Of a DNA stretch of 64,000 bases, positions 30,535 to 39,841 are shown in pieces. The translations under genes were made by a program, and so were the position numbers. Source of the stretch: Planctomycetota bacterium (GTDB taxonomy: Bacteria > Planctomycetota > GCA-002687715); NCBI GenBank assembly GCA_009691765.1, contig SIAO01000007.1:5348-69347 (forward strand). The letters run 5' to 3'. How positions within the stretch are numbered: position 1 is the first letter of the stretch; each line of letters begins with the position of its first letter. The notes under the pieces were generated by a model. The model searched no databases. It worked only from the letters and a program-made list of their open reading frames with translations, and was not told where the DNA came from.

Positions 30535-31809
30535 ATGCAGCAAAAGCGGCGCATCGGACTCACGTCATGGATCTTCATTGGGCTGGCGCTCGGGCTCGCT
30601 TGGGGGTCTGTCATCCACTATGGGCTGGATGCCAACCATGAAGCCATCGAATGGACACGAGTGCTCTCGCGCATGTTCCTCGTGCTCATCAAGATGCTCA
30701 TCGCGCCGTTGCTCTTCGGCACCTTGGTAGGTGGCCTCGCTGGAGCAGGACACGCTCGTGATGTTGGCCGCGTCGGTCTCAAGGCCATTCTCTATTTCGA
30801 AGTGGTGACAACGCTCGCGCTCATCGTGGGTTTGGTCATGGTGAATTGGGTGCGTCCTGGCGACGGCGTGAATCTGCCCGTGGAAAACACCAAGGAAGCT
30901 CTCGAGATCGCCGGCCGCGTGCACGCCATGAGCGCGCAAGATCACATCGTGGCCATCTTCCCCACTTCCATCTTCAAGGCGATGGCCGAGAACAGCATCC
31001 TGCAAGTGGTGGCGTTCTCGCTCGTCTTTGCGTTTGCCGTGGTAGCTGCAGGGAAACGCGCCAAGCCTGTGGTGGATTTCGCAGACGCACTCACCGAAGT
31101 GATGTTCAAGCTGACGGGCTTCGTCATGCTCTTCGCACCGATCGGAGTTGGTGCAGCCATTGCTGTCACGGTTGGAGGCAAGGGGTTAGGCGTCCTTAAA
31201 AACTTGGGCCTCATGGTCGGCACGCTGTATATGGCGCTCGCCGTCTTCGGTGTCTTGGTGTTGCTGCCGATTGCATTCTGGATTCGCTTGCCCTTCCGTC
31301 GTTTCTGGCAGACCATCCGCGAGCCCGCGATGTTGGCCTTCACCACCACGTCTTCCGAGGCAGCCTTGCCCAAGGCGATGCAGAATCTGCAGAAGTTCGG
31401 ATGCCCACGCAGCATCGTAGGACTCGTGCTGCCGCTCGGCTACAGCTTCAATCTCGATGGCACAACGCTCTACCTCTCACTCGCCACCATCTTCGTGGCC
31501 CAAGCTGCCAACGTGGAATTGTCGTGGCAACAACAACTCCTTGTGATGCTGACGCTCATGCTCACATCCAAAGGCGTAGCTGCCGTGCCACGAGCCTCGC
31601 TCGTCGTGCTCTCGGGAACGCTGGTTTCGTTCGGCCTACCTTTGGAAGGTGTGGCTCTCATCCTCGGTGTTGACGAACTGATGGACATGGGACGCACCGC
31701 CACCAACTTGGTCGGTAACTGCTTGGCCACCGCCGCTGTCTCGCGTTGGGAAGGCCACAAGTTGGGCGTGGACGAAGTCGAAACGCAGCCCATCGAAAAC
31801 TCAACATGA
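30535..31809 (+). CDS. Dicarboxylate/amino acid:cation symporter (DAACS, GltP/DctA-like)
   Basis: LIKMLIAPLLF, AFTTTSSEAALP, GYSFNLDGT, DMGRTATNLVGN. Confidence 0.95.
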   Translation: MQQKRRIGLTSWIFIGLALGLAWGSVIHYGLDANHEAIEWTRVLSRMFLVLIKMLIAPLLFGTLVGGLAGAGHARDVGRVGLKAILYFEVVTTLALIVGLVMVNWVRPGDGVNLPVENTKEALEIAGRVHAMSAQDHIVAIFPTSIFKAMAENSILQVVAFSLVFAFAVVAAGKRAKPVVDFADALTEVMFKLTGFVMLFAPIGVGAAIAVTVGGKGLGVLKNLGLMVGTLYMALAVFGVLVLLPIAFWIRLPFRRFWQTIREPAMLAFTTTSSEAALPKAMQNLQKFGCPRSIVGLVLPLGYSFNLDGTTLYLSLATIFVAQAANVELSWQQQLLVMLTLMLTSKGVAAVPRASLVVLSGTLVSFGLPLEGVALILGVDELMDMGRTATNLVGNCLATAAVSRWEGHKLGVDEVETQPIENST

Positions 31810-33119
31810 AGTCTCCGGGCGTCAAACTGAGCTTGTTGCTGCTGCTCGCCACTGCAAGTGTGGCGCAAACACCATGGTTCACCGTCGTCACTCCGCGCGC
31901 GTTTCTGCCAGCGCTGACCGAATACATCAGCGCTCGACGCTGCGAACGGCCCGTCGAAGTGCTGCTGCTCGAAGATGTGCTCGCACATCACGAAGGAATT
32001 GATGCTGCAGAAACACTCAAGCATCATTTGTTTCGCTCCTATCAGCGCGGCACGCGTTACGTGCTGCTCGTAGGCGATGTCGATGCGTTGCCCGTGCGTT
32101 ACATGGTGCTCGATCGCCAAACTGCAGTGGCTGCAAACACCGCGTTCTATCCATCCGACCTTTATTTCGCTGACATTGTCGATGCCTCGGGGGCTTTTGA
32201 AGATTGGAACTCTGCCAAAGACGGTCACCACGCCGCGTGGTTCGGCGAAGTGCATGGCGAGACCTACAAGGATGGCGCGATCAACGCAGATGGCGTGCAT
32301 TACACGCCGGAACTAGCCGTGGGACGTTGGCCAGCCAGCAACGCTTCAGAAGTGGCCTGCATTGCGAGCAAGACGCTGCGTCACGTGCGTGAGTTGCCGC
32401 AGCAACGCAAGGCTCTGCTGTTGCATGGCGCGGACTGGATCGACATGCGTGCTCGCATGGATGGTTGGGGTCGCACGCTTGATCCGCACTACTCCGCAAC
32501 ACGCATCAACCACGCGCACGGCGAACCCGCTGCAGATGCGGCTGTAGCGCAAGCTCTGCATGCTGGAGTGGATTTTCTCGTCCACGTTGGGCACGGCTCC
32601 CCCGACGGCTACGACCGCATGTTGAGCACTATGACACTCGCCGGATGCACGCCGTTGCGACTACCCGTGCTGCTCTCCGCGGGTTGCAGCACTGCGGCAT
32701 TCGCGGCCATGCCGCCCTACAGTGCCTACACGGACAGCAGCGGATTCCATCACGCGGGCACAAACTTTGGCGAAGTCTTCACGCGCCCTCCGCCTGCGCC
32801 AGCGTGCTTTCAATGCGGGCCAGATGATTGCGACAGTTTCGCGGAGAGTGCCGTCGTGCGCATGCCCAACGGTGCGGTCGCGGCCATCGGTTGCAACACC
32901 GGCGCACAACCGTGCGGCGTCACGTTGGTTGAGGCCTTTGTCGAAGGTGCCGCGCGCCAAGGAACACTCCTCGGCGATTGTTGGCGCGACGCGCTTGCTG
33001 CCTATGTCGATCGTGAACACCTGCACGAACTCAAAGCCGACGCTGGTTGGTATCCACCCAGCATTTTCTTCCAAGGCATGAAGTTCATGCTCTTCGGGGA
33101 CCCAACTCTCAGGCTTTAG
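31806..33119 (+). CDS. Secreted peptidase C25 (gingipain-like)
   Basis: Signal peptide; YVLLVGD, SDLYFAD, VGRWP, GHGS (His), AGCS (Cys), LFGDP. Confidence 0.85.
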   Translation: MKSPGVKLSLLLLLATASVAQTPWFTVVTPRAFLPALTEYISARRCERPVEVLLLEDVLAHHEGIDAAETLKHHLFRSYQRGTRYVLLVGDVDALPVRYMVLDRQTAVAANTAFYPSDLYFADIVDASGAFEDWNSAKDGHHAAWFGEVHGETYKDGAINADGVHYTPELAVGRWPASNASEVACIASKTLRHVRELPQQRKALLLHGADWIDMRARMDGWGRTLDPHYSATRINHAHGEPAADAAVAQALHAGVDFLVHVGHGSPDGYDRMLSTMTLAGCTPLRLPVLLSAGCSTAAFAAMPPYSAYTDSSGFHHAGTNFGEVFTRPPPAPACFQCGPDDCDSFAESAVVRMPNGAVAAIGCNTGAQPCGVTLVEAFVEGAARQGTLLGDCWRDALAAYVDREHLHELKADAGWYPPSIFFQGMKFMLFGDPTLRL

Positions 33120-33936
33120 GTGCGCTGGTGCCCGTAGGCACGCAAAGTTGTCCAGCGCGCAGCGAGGCCGTCGCAACTGCTTTGATCAGCGCGACACGGA
33201 GGCCCCCTTCTTCGAGAGCGATCAAACCATCGATGGTGCAGCCCGCAGGCGTCGTTACTCCGGCTTTGAGCAGCGCAGGATGTTGCCCTGTGCCAAGAAC
33301 CATCGCGCCAGATCCCATCACTGTTTGCGCTGCAAGCAAGGTAGCGATCTGGCGAGGCAGACCCGCTTTCACGCCTCCATCCACCATGGATTCAATCACC
33401 ATGAACACAAACGCAGGCCCACTCGCAGATAGGCCCGTGACTGCATCGAAGTGCTTCTCATCGACGCGAATCGTGCGCCCTACCGCGTTGAACACGCGCT
33501 CGACCAGAACGACGTGTTTCTCGCGAGCATGTTGCCCCGCCGCAACCGCGGTCATGCCGCAACCCACCAGCGCGGGCGTGTTGGGCATGGCGCGCACCAC
33601 AGGAGTGCCTTTCGCGAGCACACCTTCAATAGACGCCGTGCTTATCGCCGCAGCAAGAGAAACCACCAAGACCTTCGCTGGCAGCGTGGCAGCACATTCA
33701 CGCAACACCGGCAGCACTTGCGTAGGCTTTGTGGCCACGATGAGCAAATCGCATCCGCGCACGACAGCCGCGTTGTCTGTTCCGGCTTTCACGCCGAAGT
33801 TCTTCGCAACAGTTTGCGCTGTGGCAGCATGATGCGTCGTGACACTCACCGAACCGCGCTTAGCAATGCCAGCATCGAGAATGCCCTGAAGCACAGCGCG
33901 CCCTAGATGGCCACAGCCAATCATCGCGATTTTCAT
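33109..33936 (-). CDS. proC: Pyrroline-5-carboxylate reductase
   Basis: IGCGHLG, VRAMPNTP, TGLSASGPAF, VTTPAGCT. Confidence 0.95.
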   Translation of the reverse strand: MKIAMIGCGHLGRAVLQGILDAGIAKRGSVSVTTHHAATAQTVAKNFGVKAGTDNAAVVRGCDLLIVATKPTQVLPVLRECAATLPAKVLVVSLAAAISTASIEGVLAKGTPVVRAMPNTPALVGCGMTAVAAGQHAREKHVVLVERVFNAVGRTIRVDEKHFDAVTGLSASGPAFVFMVIESMVDGGVKAGLPRQIATLLAAQTVMGSGAMVLGTGQHPALLKAGVTTPAGCTIDGLIALEEGGLRVALIKAVATASLRAGQLCVPTGTSAPKA

Positions 33937-34004
33937 GGGAACCCTTTCGCCTGAACGCAGACACTCACACCGCAGTCATTTGCAACACACGCCCCAAAAC
34001 AATC

Positions 34005-35591
34005 CTAATGATGCACAACTTCTGGCAGCAACAGTTCTGCTGGCGGCACGGGCAAATGAGCACAACGCAACGGATCGAGGCGACGCGCTTCAGCATAGAG
34101 CTGCGCCATCAAGTGCGCAGTAGCGCGCTCAGGATAGGTGTTCCAGTCGTATCCAGCCGACCAGCGGCGCGTTTCGATGTGGATCGCGAGGTGCACATGG
34201 TTGTGATTGAGTTCCATGGAGCGTGCGAGCCGCACAGGGTCGAAATAAAAGCGCTGCACGCCTTCGACAATCAGCTCTTGGATGCGCGAGCGCGGCACTT
34301 GCGAAATCATGCTGTGCTCATCGGAACCGCCGAAATTTTGGTAGCCCAACTGCTCCGGATCCAGCTCGGAGATGTTCACTCCAAACTTCTCCAGCGTGTC
34401 GTACATGGGCGTGCCTTCATAGGGCGTCACCACAAAGAAGTGCGTCATGTGCGCTTTGGAGCGCAGGCTGAAGTCCAACGTCATGCGCATTTCTTCTTCA
34501 GTTTCCGTGGGGAAACCCAACATGTTGAAGATGCAGGTGAAGATGCCGTGCTTGTCAGACAGTTCGATGGTGTTGAACACGCGATCGAGCTTGTTGAACT
34601 TGCGCACCTGCTTTTGCAGGCGAGGAGAAGCCGTTTCCACGGCGAGCGACCAGTGATAAGTCCCGGCTGCTTTCGCAGCCATCACGAACTCTTCATCCAT
34701 CAAGTCTGCGCGCAACCCGTTGGGGAATGCGAAGTTGATCTTCCAGCCGCGCCGCACCACTTCATTGAAAATGCCGATGGCGCGTTCCTTATCCGCATTG
34801 AAGATGTCGTCGATGATGTGGAACTCACGCACGCCACGCACTTCCATCAAGTACTGAATCTCGTCGATGACACTCTGCACGCTGCGGTAGCGCATACGCT
34901 TGCCGAAATTAGTGTGGCAATACGAGCAAGCGTAGTAGCAGCCACGCGACGTGAAGATGGATGTGAAACGCTCGCGCGTCAAAAAGTCCGTCATCGCCAG
35001 ACGCCCTTGGTAGGCATCAAGGTTGATGATGTCGTAATCAGGGATCGGCAGCGCATCGAGATCTTGAATGGCAGGGCGCGCAGGATTGATCACAGCTTTG
35101 CCGTCTTCACCGCGGCGCCCAAGGCCCATCACGCCTTCGATGGAATGACCAGCGAGGACATTCTCGATGACCTCCACCAGCACTTCCTCGCCTTCGTAGG
35201 GAGCGACGTAGTCGATGTCAGCAATCTGATAAAGGCTCGGGCTGTTGGTGGAAGCATGCGGCCCCCCGGCGAGCACCAGCATCGAAGGATCGACTTCTTT
35301 GGCAATGCGCGCAACTACCGGGAACTCGTCCGCTTGGCTACTGAAACCGCGAATGCCCAGAATCGCAGGGCGGAACTCCTCCAGCCAAGTGCGCAGCGCT
35401 GCGTCGGGGTCCTCGTGCTCCGGGAAAGTGGTGCAGTCAAAGAGCTTGAGTTCGATCCGCTCTCCGAACGCCTTCTTGAGCGTGGCGGTCAGATACATGA
35501 TCCCGAGGGGCACCATGATGATGTGGTGCCAGTCGTTAGTCCTCGCCCGGAGGTTGACGAAAGCAATGCGTAGAGGTTTGGGGCTGACCAT
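34005..35591 (-). CDS. Cobalamin-binding radical SAM protein
   Basis: PLGIMYL, LAGGPHAS, EGE B12-binding region; TSRGCYYACSYC (CxxxCxxC), IDDIF, GFPTET. Confidence 0.92.
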   Translation of the reverse strand: MVSPKPLRIAFVNLRARTNDWHHIIMVPLGIMYLTATLKKAFGERIELKLFDCTTFPEHEDPDAALRTWLEEFRPAILGIRGFSSQADEFPVVARIAKEVDPSMLVLAGGPHASTNSPSLYQIADIDYVAPYEGEEVLVEVIENVLAGHSIEGVMGLGRRGEDGKAVINPARPAIQDLDALPIPDYDIINLDAYQGRLAMTDFLTRERFTSIFTSRGCYYACSYCHTNFGKRMRYRSVQSVIDEIQYLMEVRGVREFHIIDDIFNADKERAIGIFNEVVRRGWKINFAFPNGLRADLMDEEFVMAAKAAGTYHWSLAVETASPRLQKQVRKFNKLDRVFNTIELSDKHGIFTCIFNMLGFPTETEEEMRMTLDFSLRSKAHMTHFFVVTPYEGTPMYDTLEKFGVNISELDPEQLGYQNFGGSDEHSMISQVPRSRIQELIVEGVQRFYFDPVRLARSMELNHNHVHLAIHIETRRWSAGYDWNTYPERATAHLMAQLYAEARRLDPLRCAHLPVPPAELLLPEVVHH

Positions 35592-35838
35592 GGTGTTTGT
35601 AGAGCCCTTGAGGCTCCATTTGATGCTGCGTCAACAGCATAGCCTATGTCGGAGGCGCGGCGCCTCCATCTGTTGCTCCCACGTAAAGAAACCAACCTGA
35701 GCGCGTTTCAAGCCGTGAGGCCAACGGGCATACGGGCGTGAGCTCCTACGGGGCTTCCGCCCGCTGTGTTGATGGCATAATGCGCGCGCTTCACCCAAAC
35801 GCCCTGCTCGCCTGCGCTTATATGCTGCTCCGCCACTG

Positions 35839-37413
35839 ATGTTCAAACACCTGGTCATTCTCACTTTGCTGCTGACAAGCGCTCGCGCTCAAGAACCGCC
35901 GCCTCCTACGCAAGAGCTGCCTCCGGGCTTTGAGGTGCCAGAAAGCGCGGCCGACGCCCCAACCAGCGACGCGAGCACCGAGCGGTGGCGCGCGGCACTA
36001 GAGATTCAGCGCAAGGGTCGATGGAGCGCCGCGCAGAAAGCCATGCGTGCTGTGTTGGAGGATTTCCCAACTTCCGTGCACAAGCGATCGCTGGAGCAGC
36101 ACAGCGATGACAACGCGTGGTTGGGACTCGAGTGTTTACACCGCGGCGGGCCCGCAGAGCGGCGCATCGACGTCACCGTCATGGGCGACGGGTTCACCAT
36201 CGACAACGAGGATCAGCAGTTGCAGGAGAAGTGGGCGCGGCTGTGCCTCGATGTGCTCTGCTCAGAAAAGTCGTTTGGCGAATACCGTTCCTATTTCAAT
36301 TTCTGGTTCGTGCGCCTCGCTTCGCTCGAAGAAGGCGTGGACCCCAATCTCTCGCCCGAGGAAAAACGCCGCATCGAAGAGCGCAACAAGGGCCGCTCGC
36401 GCAAGCGCAAAACGGAATTCAGTACTGCGCTCGACTGCAAGGCTGCTGGCCCACAAGGGCAAGTGATGGCCGATCCGCGGCTTGTGCGTTTCTGGATGCG
36501 CGTGGCCGCGAATGAAGAGCCTGCTGTGGATGATGACGGCTACGCCATCGCTTTCGCGCGCTTTGGGGTTCTCGGCATGGGTGGCGGCGGCATCGCCAAT
36601 GTAGGTCGCCCCGATCGCTCGGTCACCGTCCACGAGTTCGGGCACGCCTTCGTCGGCCTGCTCGATGAGTACGCTGTGAATCCGACACTGCCGGTCGGAC
36701 CCATCCGTGCACCGAACGCATCGCGCGAAAGCGATCCGGCAAAAGTGCCTTGGGCCCATTTCCTTGTGAAGAAGATTGCCAATGTCGGTGTGTTCGAAGG
36801 CGGCGCGACCTACCAGAAGGGTGTGTGGCGGCCTGCACGCACCTGCGCCATGAACTCAGCCGGTCATACAGGCTTTTGCCCAGTATGCCGCGAGGCCGCG
36901 ATCCTGCGCATCTACGGACATGTGAGCCCCATCGACTTAGTCACACCCATGCCGGACATGCTCGTCCGCGCGAAGGTCAGCGACGAAACTATGCTCAGTA
37001 TCACGCCGATGAAACCGCTGAAACATGATCTGAAAGTGACTTGGTACGTCGAACGCCTCGCCGATGACACCGTCATGAAAGAACCGGACGCCACGGCTGC
37101 GCCTGCAAAGATTGGCGACGGCTATGGCCGACGTGGCGAGGCTTTTGCCCGCATCTTCGGACGCATCGGCGGTAAGCGTGGGCGCGAAGATCGCGCTATC
37201 TACGACCTCGAACCCATGGGCGAGGTTTGGAGCTTGCCAGTAAAGAAAAGACTCAGCGCCGATGGACCGTGGTCCAGTCAACTGCCCGTCGGGAAACTCA
37301 AACCCGGGCGCTATTGGATCACAGCCGTGGTCGAAGACACCACGACGGATGTGCTCTTGGATCCGAAGCACTTGTTGCAAGAGCGGGCTTCGTGGCCTGT
37401 CATCGTTCAATGA
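35839..37413 (+). CDS. Secreted M64-family metallopeptidase
   Basis: MGDGFT, VHEFGHAFVGLLDEY, GVFEGG...GVWRP...CAMNS...FCPVC. Confidence 0.85.
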   Translation: MFKHLVILTLLLTSARAQEPPPPTQELPPGFEVPESAADAPTSDASTERWRAALEIQRKGRWSAAQKAMRAVLEDFPTSVHKRSLEQHSDDNAWLGLECLHRGGPAERRIDVTVMGDGFTIDNEDQQLQEKWARLCLDVLCSEKSFGEYRSYFNFWFVRLASLEEGVDPNLSPEEKRRIEERNKGRSRKRKTEFSTALDCKAAGPQGQVMADPRLVRFWMRVAANEEPAVDDDGYAIAFARFGVLGMGGGGIANVGRPDRSVTVHEFGHAFVGLLDEYAVNPTLPVGPIRAPNASRESDPAKVPWAHFLVKKIANVGVFEGGATYQKGVWRPARTCAMNSAGHTGFCPVCREAAILRIYGHVSPIDLVTPMPDMLVRAKVSDETMLSITPMKPLKHDLKVTWYVERLADDTVMKEPDATAAPAKIGDGYGRRGEAFARIFGRIGGKRGREDRAIYDLEPMGEVWSLPVKKRLSADGPWSSQLPVGKLKPGRYWITAVVEDTTTDVLLDPKHLLQERASWPVIVQ

Positions 37414-38090
37414 GCAGCAGTCTGCCGCGTCGCGTTGTTGCTGAGTTCCTTGGCACCACACTGCTGCTTTTGGCCATCGTCGGCAGCGGCATCATGGCTG
37501 AGCGACTTTGCGACGCAAACATCGGACTCGCACTCCTTGCCAACGCGCTCGCTACTGCGGGAGCGCTGTTCGCACTCATGAGCGCGTTTGCTCCCTTGAG
37601 TGGCGCACACTTCAACCCAGCGGTCAGCCTCTACGCAGCGCTCCGCCGCGAGCTGCCTCCCACATCGGCACTCAGCTATGCCGCTGCGCAGATCACTGGA
37701 GCCATGGCCGGAGTTCTCCTCGCCCATGCACTCTTCGACCTACCTCTCGTGCAAAGCAGCCAGCATGTGCGTGAGGGTTTTCATTTGGCGCTCTCTGAAG
37801 GCGTGGCGACCTTTGCACTCTTGCTGGTCATCGCGTTGTGCAGCGCACGCGCACCGCAGAGCGTCGCCCTCGCAGTGGCACTCTGGATTCTCGGAGCGTA
37901 CTGGTTCACGTCCAGCACCTCGTTTGCGAATCCTGCTGTCACAGTGGCTCGCGCATGCACCGACACGTTCTGCGGGATTCGACCTGCGGACATGCCAGCA
38001 TTTCTCGTGGCGCAACTCGCAGCGACTCTGTTGGCCACGAGAGTCTTGCCATGGTTGATGGGCCCGCGCAGCACGACCGTAGCGTCATAG
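37410..38090 (+). CDS. Aquaporin/MIP family channel
   Basis: AEFLGT, SGAHFNPAV, STSFANPAVT (two NPA boxes). Confidence 0.92.
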   Translation: MSSSLPRRVVAEFLGTTLLLLAIVGSGIMAERLCDANIGLALLANALATAGALFALMSAFAPLSGAHFNPAVSLYAALRRELPPTSALSYAAAQITGAMAGVLLAHALFDLPLVQSSQHVREGFHLALSEGVATFALLLVIALCSARAPQSVALAVALWILGAYWFTSSTSFANPAVTVARACTDTFCGIRPADMPAFLVAQLAATLLATRVLPWLMGPRSTTVAS

Positions 38091-38100
38091 GGTTCCGTTC

Positions 38101-38751
38101 ATGCGTCCTCCAACGCGCTCTGAGAAACACCTCACGGACAGCGACCCCACCCTCGCGAAAGTGATCCGCTTCGTGCGCGACAACGCCAAAGGCACGCCGG
38201 AACTCTTCCGCCGCGACACGCGCCCAGCGTTAGAAGCACTTTGCAGCGCCATCGTGGCACAGCAACTTTCGTCCAGCGCCGCACGCACCATATTCGCGCG
38301 ATTACGCGCACTCGTGTCCGGTGATTTCACTTCTGAAGCCGTACTCGCCATTCCAGAAACTGCGTTGCGCGCAGCAGGATTGTCCGGTTCCAAAACGCGT
38401 TTCGTGCATGAAATAGCCAGAGCCAACAGCGATGGTCGCTTCGAAGCGCCGCGCCTCTCACGCCTCGACGATGCAAAAGTGCGCGAAGCACTCTGTGCAG
38501 TGAAAGGCATCGGCCCGTGGACCGCCGAGATGTACCTCATCTTCAAACTGCGCCGCCCTGATGTGCTGCCTATCAATGACGGCGGCATTCAACGCGCCAT
38601 TCATCTCGCATACGGTGGCAAACGCCCCACTCCCGCCGCCGTCACACGCCGCGCAGAACCTTGGCGCCCGCATGCCACCACCGCTTGCCTGTTCCTCTGG
38701 AGCGCACTGGACCTCGGCTTCGGCCGCAAACCCCGCACGCCAACAAAGTGA
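38101..38751 (+). CDS. DNA-3-methyladenine glycosylase II (AlkA/HhH-GPD)
   Basis: IVAQQLS, GLSGSK, VKGIGPWTAEM, RPDVLPINDGG, WRP. Confidence 0.92.
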   Translation: MRPPTRSEKHLTDSDPTLAKVIRFVRDNAKGTPELFRRDTRPALEALCSAIVAQQLSSSAARTIFARLRALVSGDFTSEAVLAIPETALRAAGLSGSKTRFVHEIARANSDGRFEAPRLSRLDDAKVREALCAVKGIGPWTAEMYLIFKLRRPDVLPINDGGIQRAIHLAYGGKRPTPAAVTRRAEPWRPHATTACLFLWSALDLGFGRKPRTPTK

Positions 38752-38757
38752 ATCACA

Positions 38758-39414
38758 ATGAAAGAGTTCGACCCATCAGAGTCTTTGGCAGCGCTGCGAC
38801 ATGAGTTTGGAGAACATGGCGGGGTGAACATGTCCATCGAGGCCAGCACGACCTTCACGGTGATGCAGGCGCGGACCATGCCCGAAATTTTCCACGGACA
38901 GCGCGGCCCCGAGCAGGGCGGCTGCTACCTCTATGGGTAGCACTTCAACCCCACGGTCTATGTCCTCGGTCGGCAAATCGCGGCCATCGAAGGAGCCCCG
39001 GCTGGTTACGCCACTTCGAGTGAACTCGGTGCCATCGCAGCGACCATCATGCAATTGTGCAATCACGGCGATCATGTGGTTGCAGATCAAACGCTTTACG
39101 GCGGTACGTTTGCACTGCTCAAAGACTTCTTGCCGCTGAAGGCCGGGATCACTACGACCTTCGTGGATTCACGAAACTTGGAAAGCGTGCGCGCTGCCAT
39201 CACGCCCATGCGCATCAGCCCGTTGCAGCAGGGTGCAGGCATTGTGGTGCACTCGCTGACCAAGTTCATGAATGTTGCGAGCAACATCATCTGAGGCGCT
39301 GTCGTTGGCAGCGCAGGCATCAAACCCGGCCTCGTGCGCATCTCGCTTGGCAACACTGGCTCCGCTGAACAACGTTGGGAACAAATGGAAGCAGCGTTGC
39401 GCACACTGAACTAA
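38758..39414 (+). pseudogene. Methionine gamma-lyase (Cys/Met PLP enzyme) pseudogene
   Basis: One frame: HEFGEHGGVNMSIEAS...YLYG*HFNPT...LYGGT...VVHSLTKF...II*GAVVG|AGIKPGLVRISLG. Stops at 38938 (TAG) and 39292 (TGA); large internal segments are missing. Confidence 0.85.
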
Positions 39415-39592
39415 TTTTGCAGTGCAAGGCAACGCATCCAAACGCAACGCATGGATAGACAAGGCGTTGAACACCAGCAGCACGGCGCGCAACTGGGCCA
39501 CGGTCGAAAAGCTCGTTGCCATGTGTGACAACGATGAGTGAGCTGGCCACTTGTCACATTGTTCCTCGCATGTTTGCGCATAGACTCGCAAC

Positions 39593-39826
39593 ATGAAGCT
39601 GACCATTACCTATTGCGTGCAGTGAAACTTCCTCCCCCAAGCGGCCGGTCTGGCTGCTGAACTCAAGCACAGCCTGAACCTCGAGGCACAACTCATCCAA
39701 GGCAAGGGCGGGATCTACGTCGTTGAACTCGAGGGCAAAGTCATCTTCGATAAGAAGAGCATCGGGCGCTATCCGATCCTCGGCGAAGTGACCAAGATCA
39801 TTCGCGATCTGTACCCAGAACTCTAG
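39593..39826 (+). CDS. SelW/SelT/SelH (Rdx) family selenoprotein, CxxU motif
   Basis: MKLTITYCVQ-TGA(39623)-NFLPQAAGLAAELK...GKGGIYVVELEGKVIFDKK..GRYP; the frame stays open to TAG 39826; absent from ORF track. Confidence 0.9.
39640..39658 (+). promoter_or_regulatory. Putative bacterial SECIS hairpin
   Basis: AGCGGCC-GGUCU-GGCUGCU: 7-bp stem with G-led apical loop, starting 14 nt after the UGA. Confidence 0.75.
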
Positions 39827-39841
39827 AGCGGCAGCTCAGCT

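Noticed and set aside
34008-35573. 521-aa plus-strand ORF
   Set aside because: Antisense shadow of the radical SAM gene with no motifs. The same applies to other long antisense ORFs (e.g. 15495-16880, 47323-48369, 50586-51962, 62822-63853), which are expected at high GC.
38938-39294. TAG and TGA in the MGL frame as pyrrolysine/selenocysteine readthrough
   Set aside because: Neither stop is at a Cys or catalytic position, no SECIS-like hairpin was seen after the TGA, and essential segments are deleted. Pseudogene is the simpler explanation.
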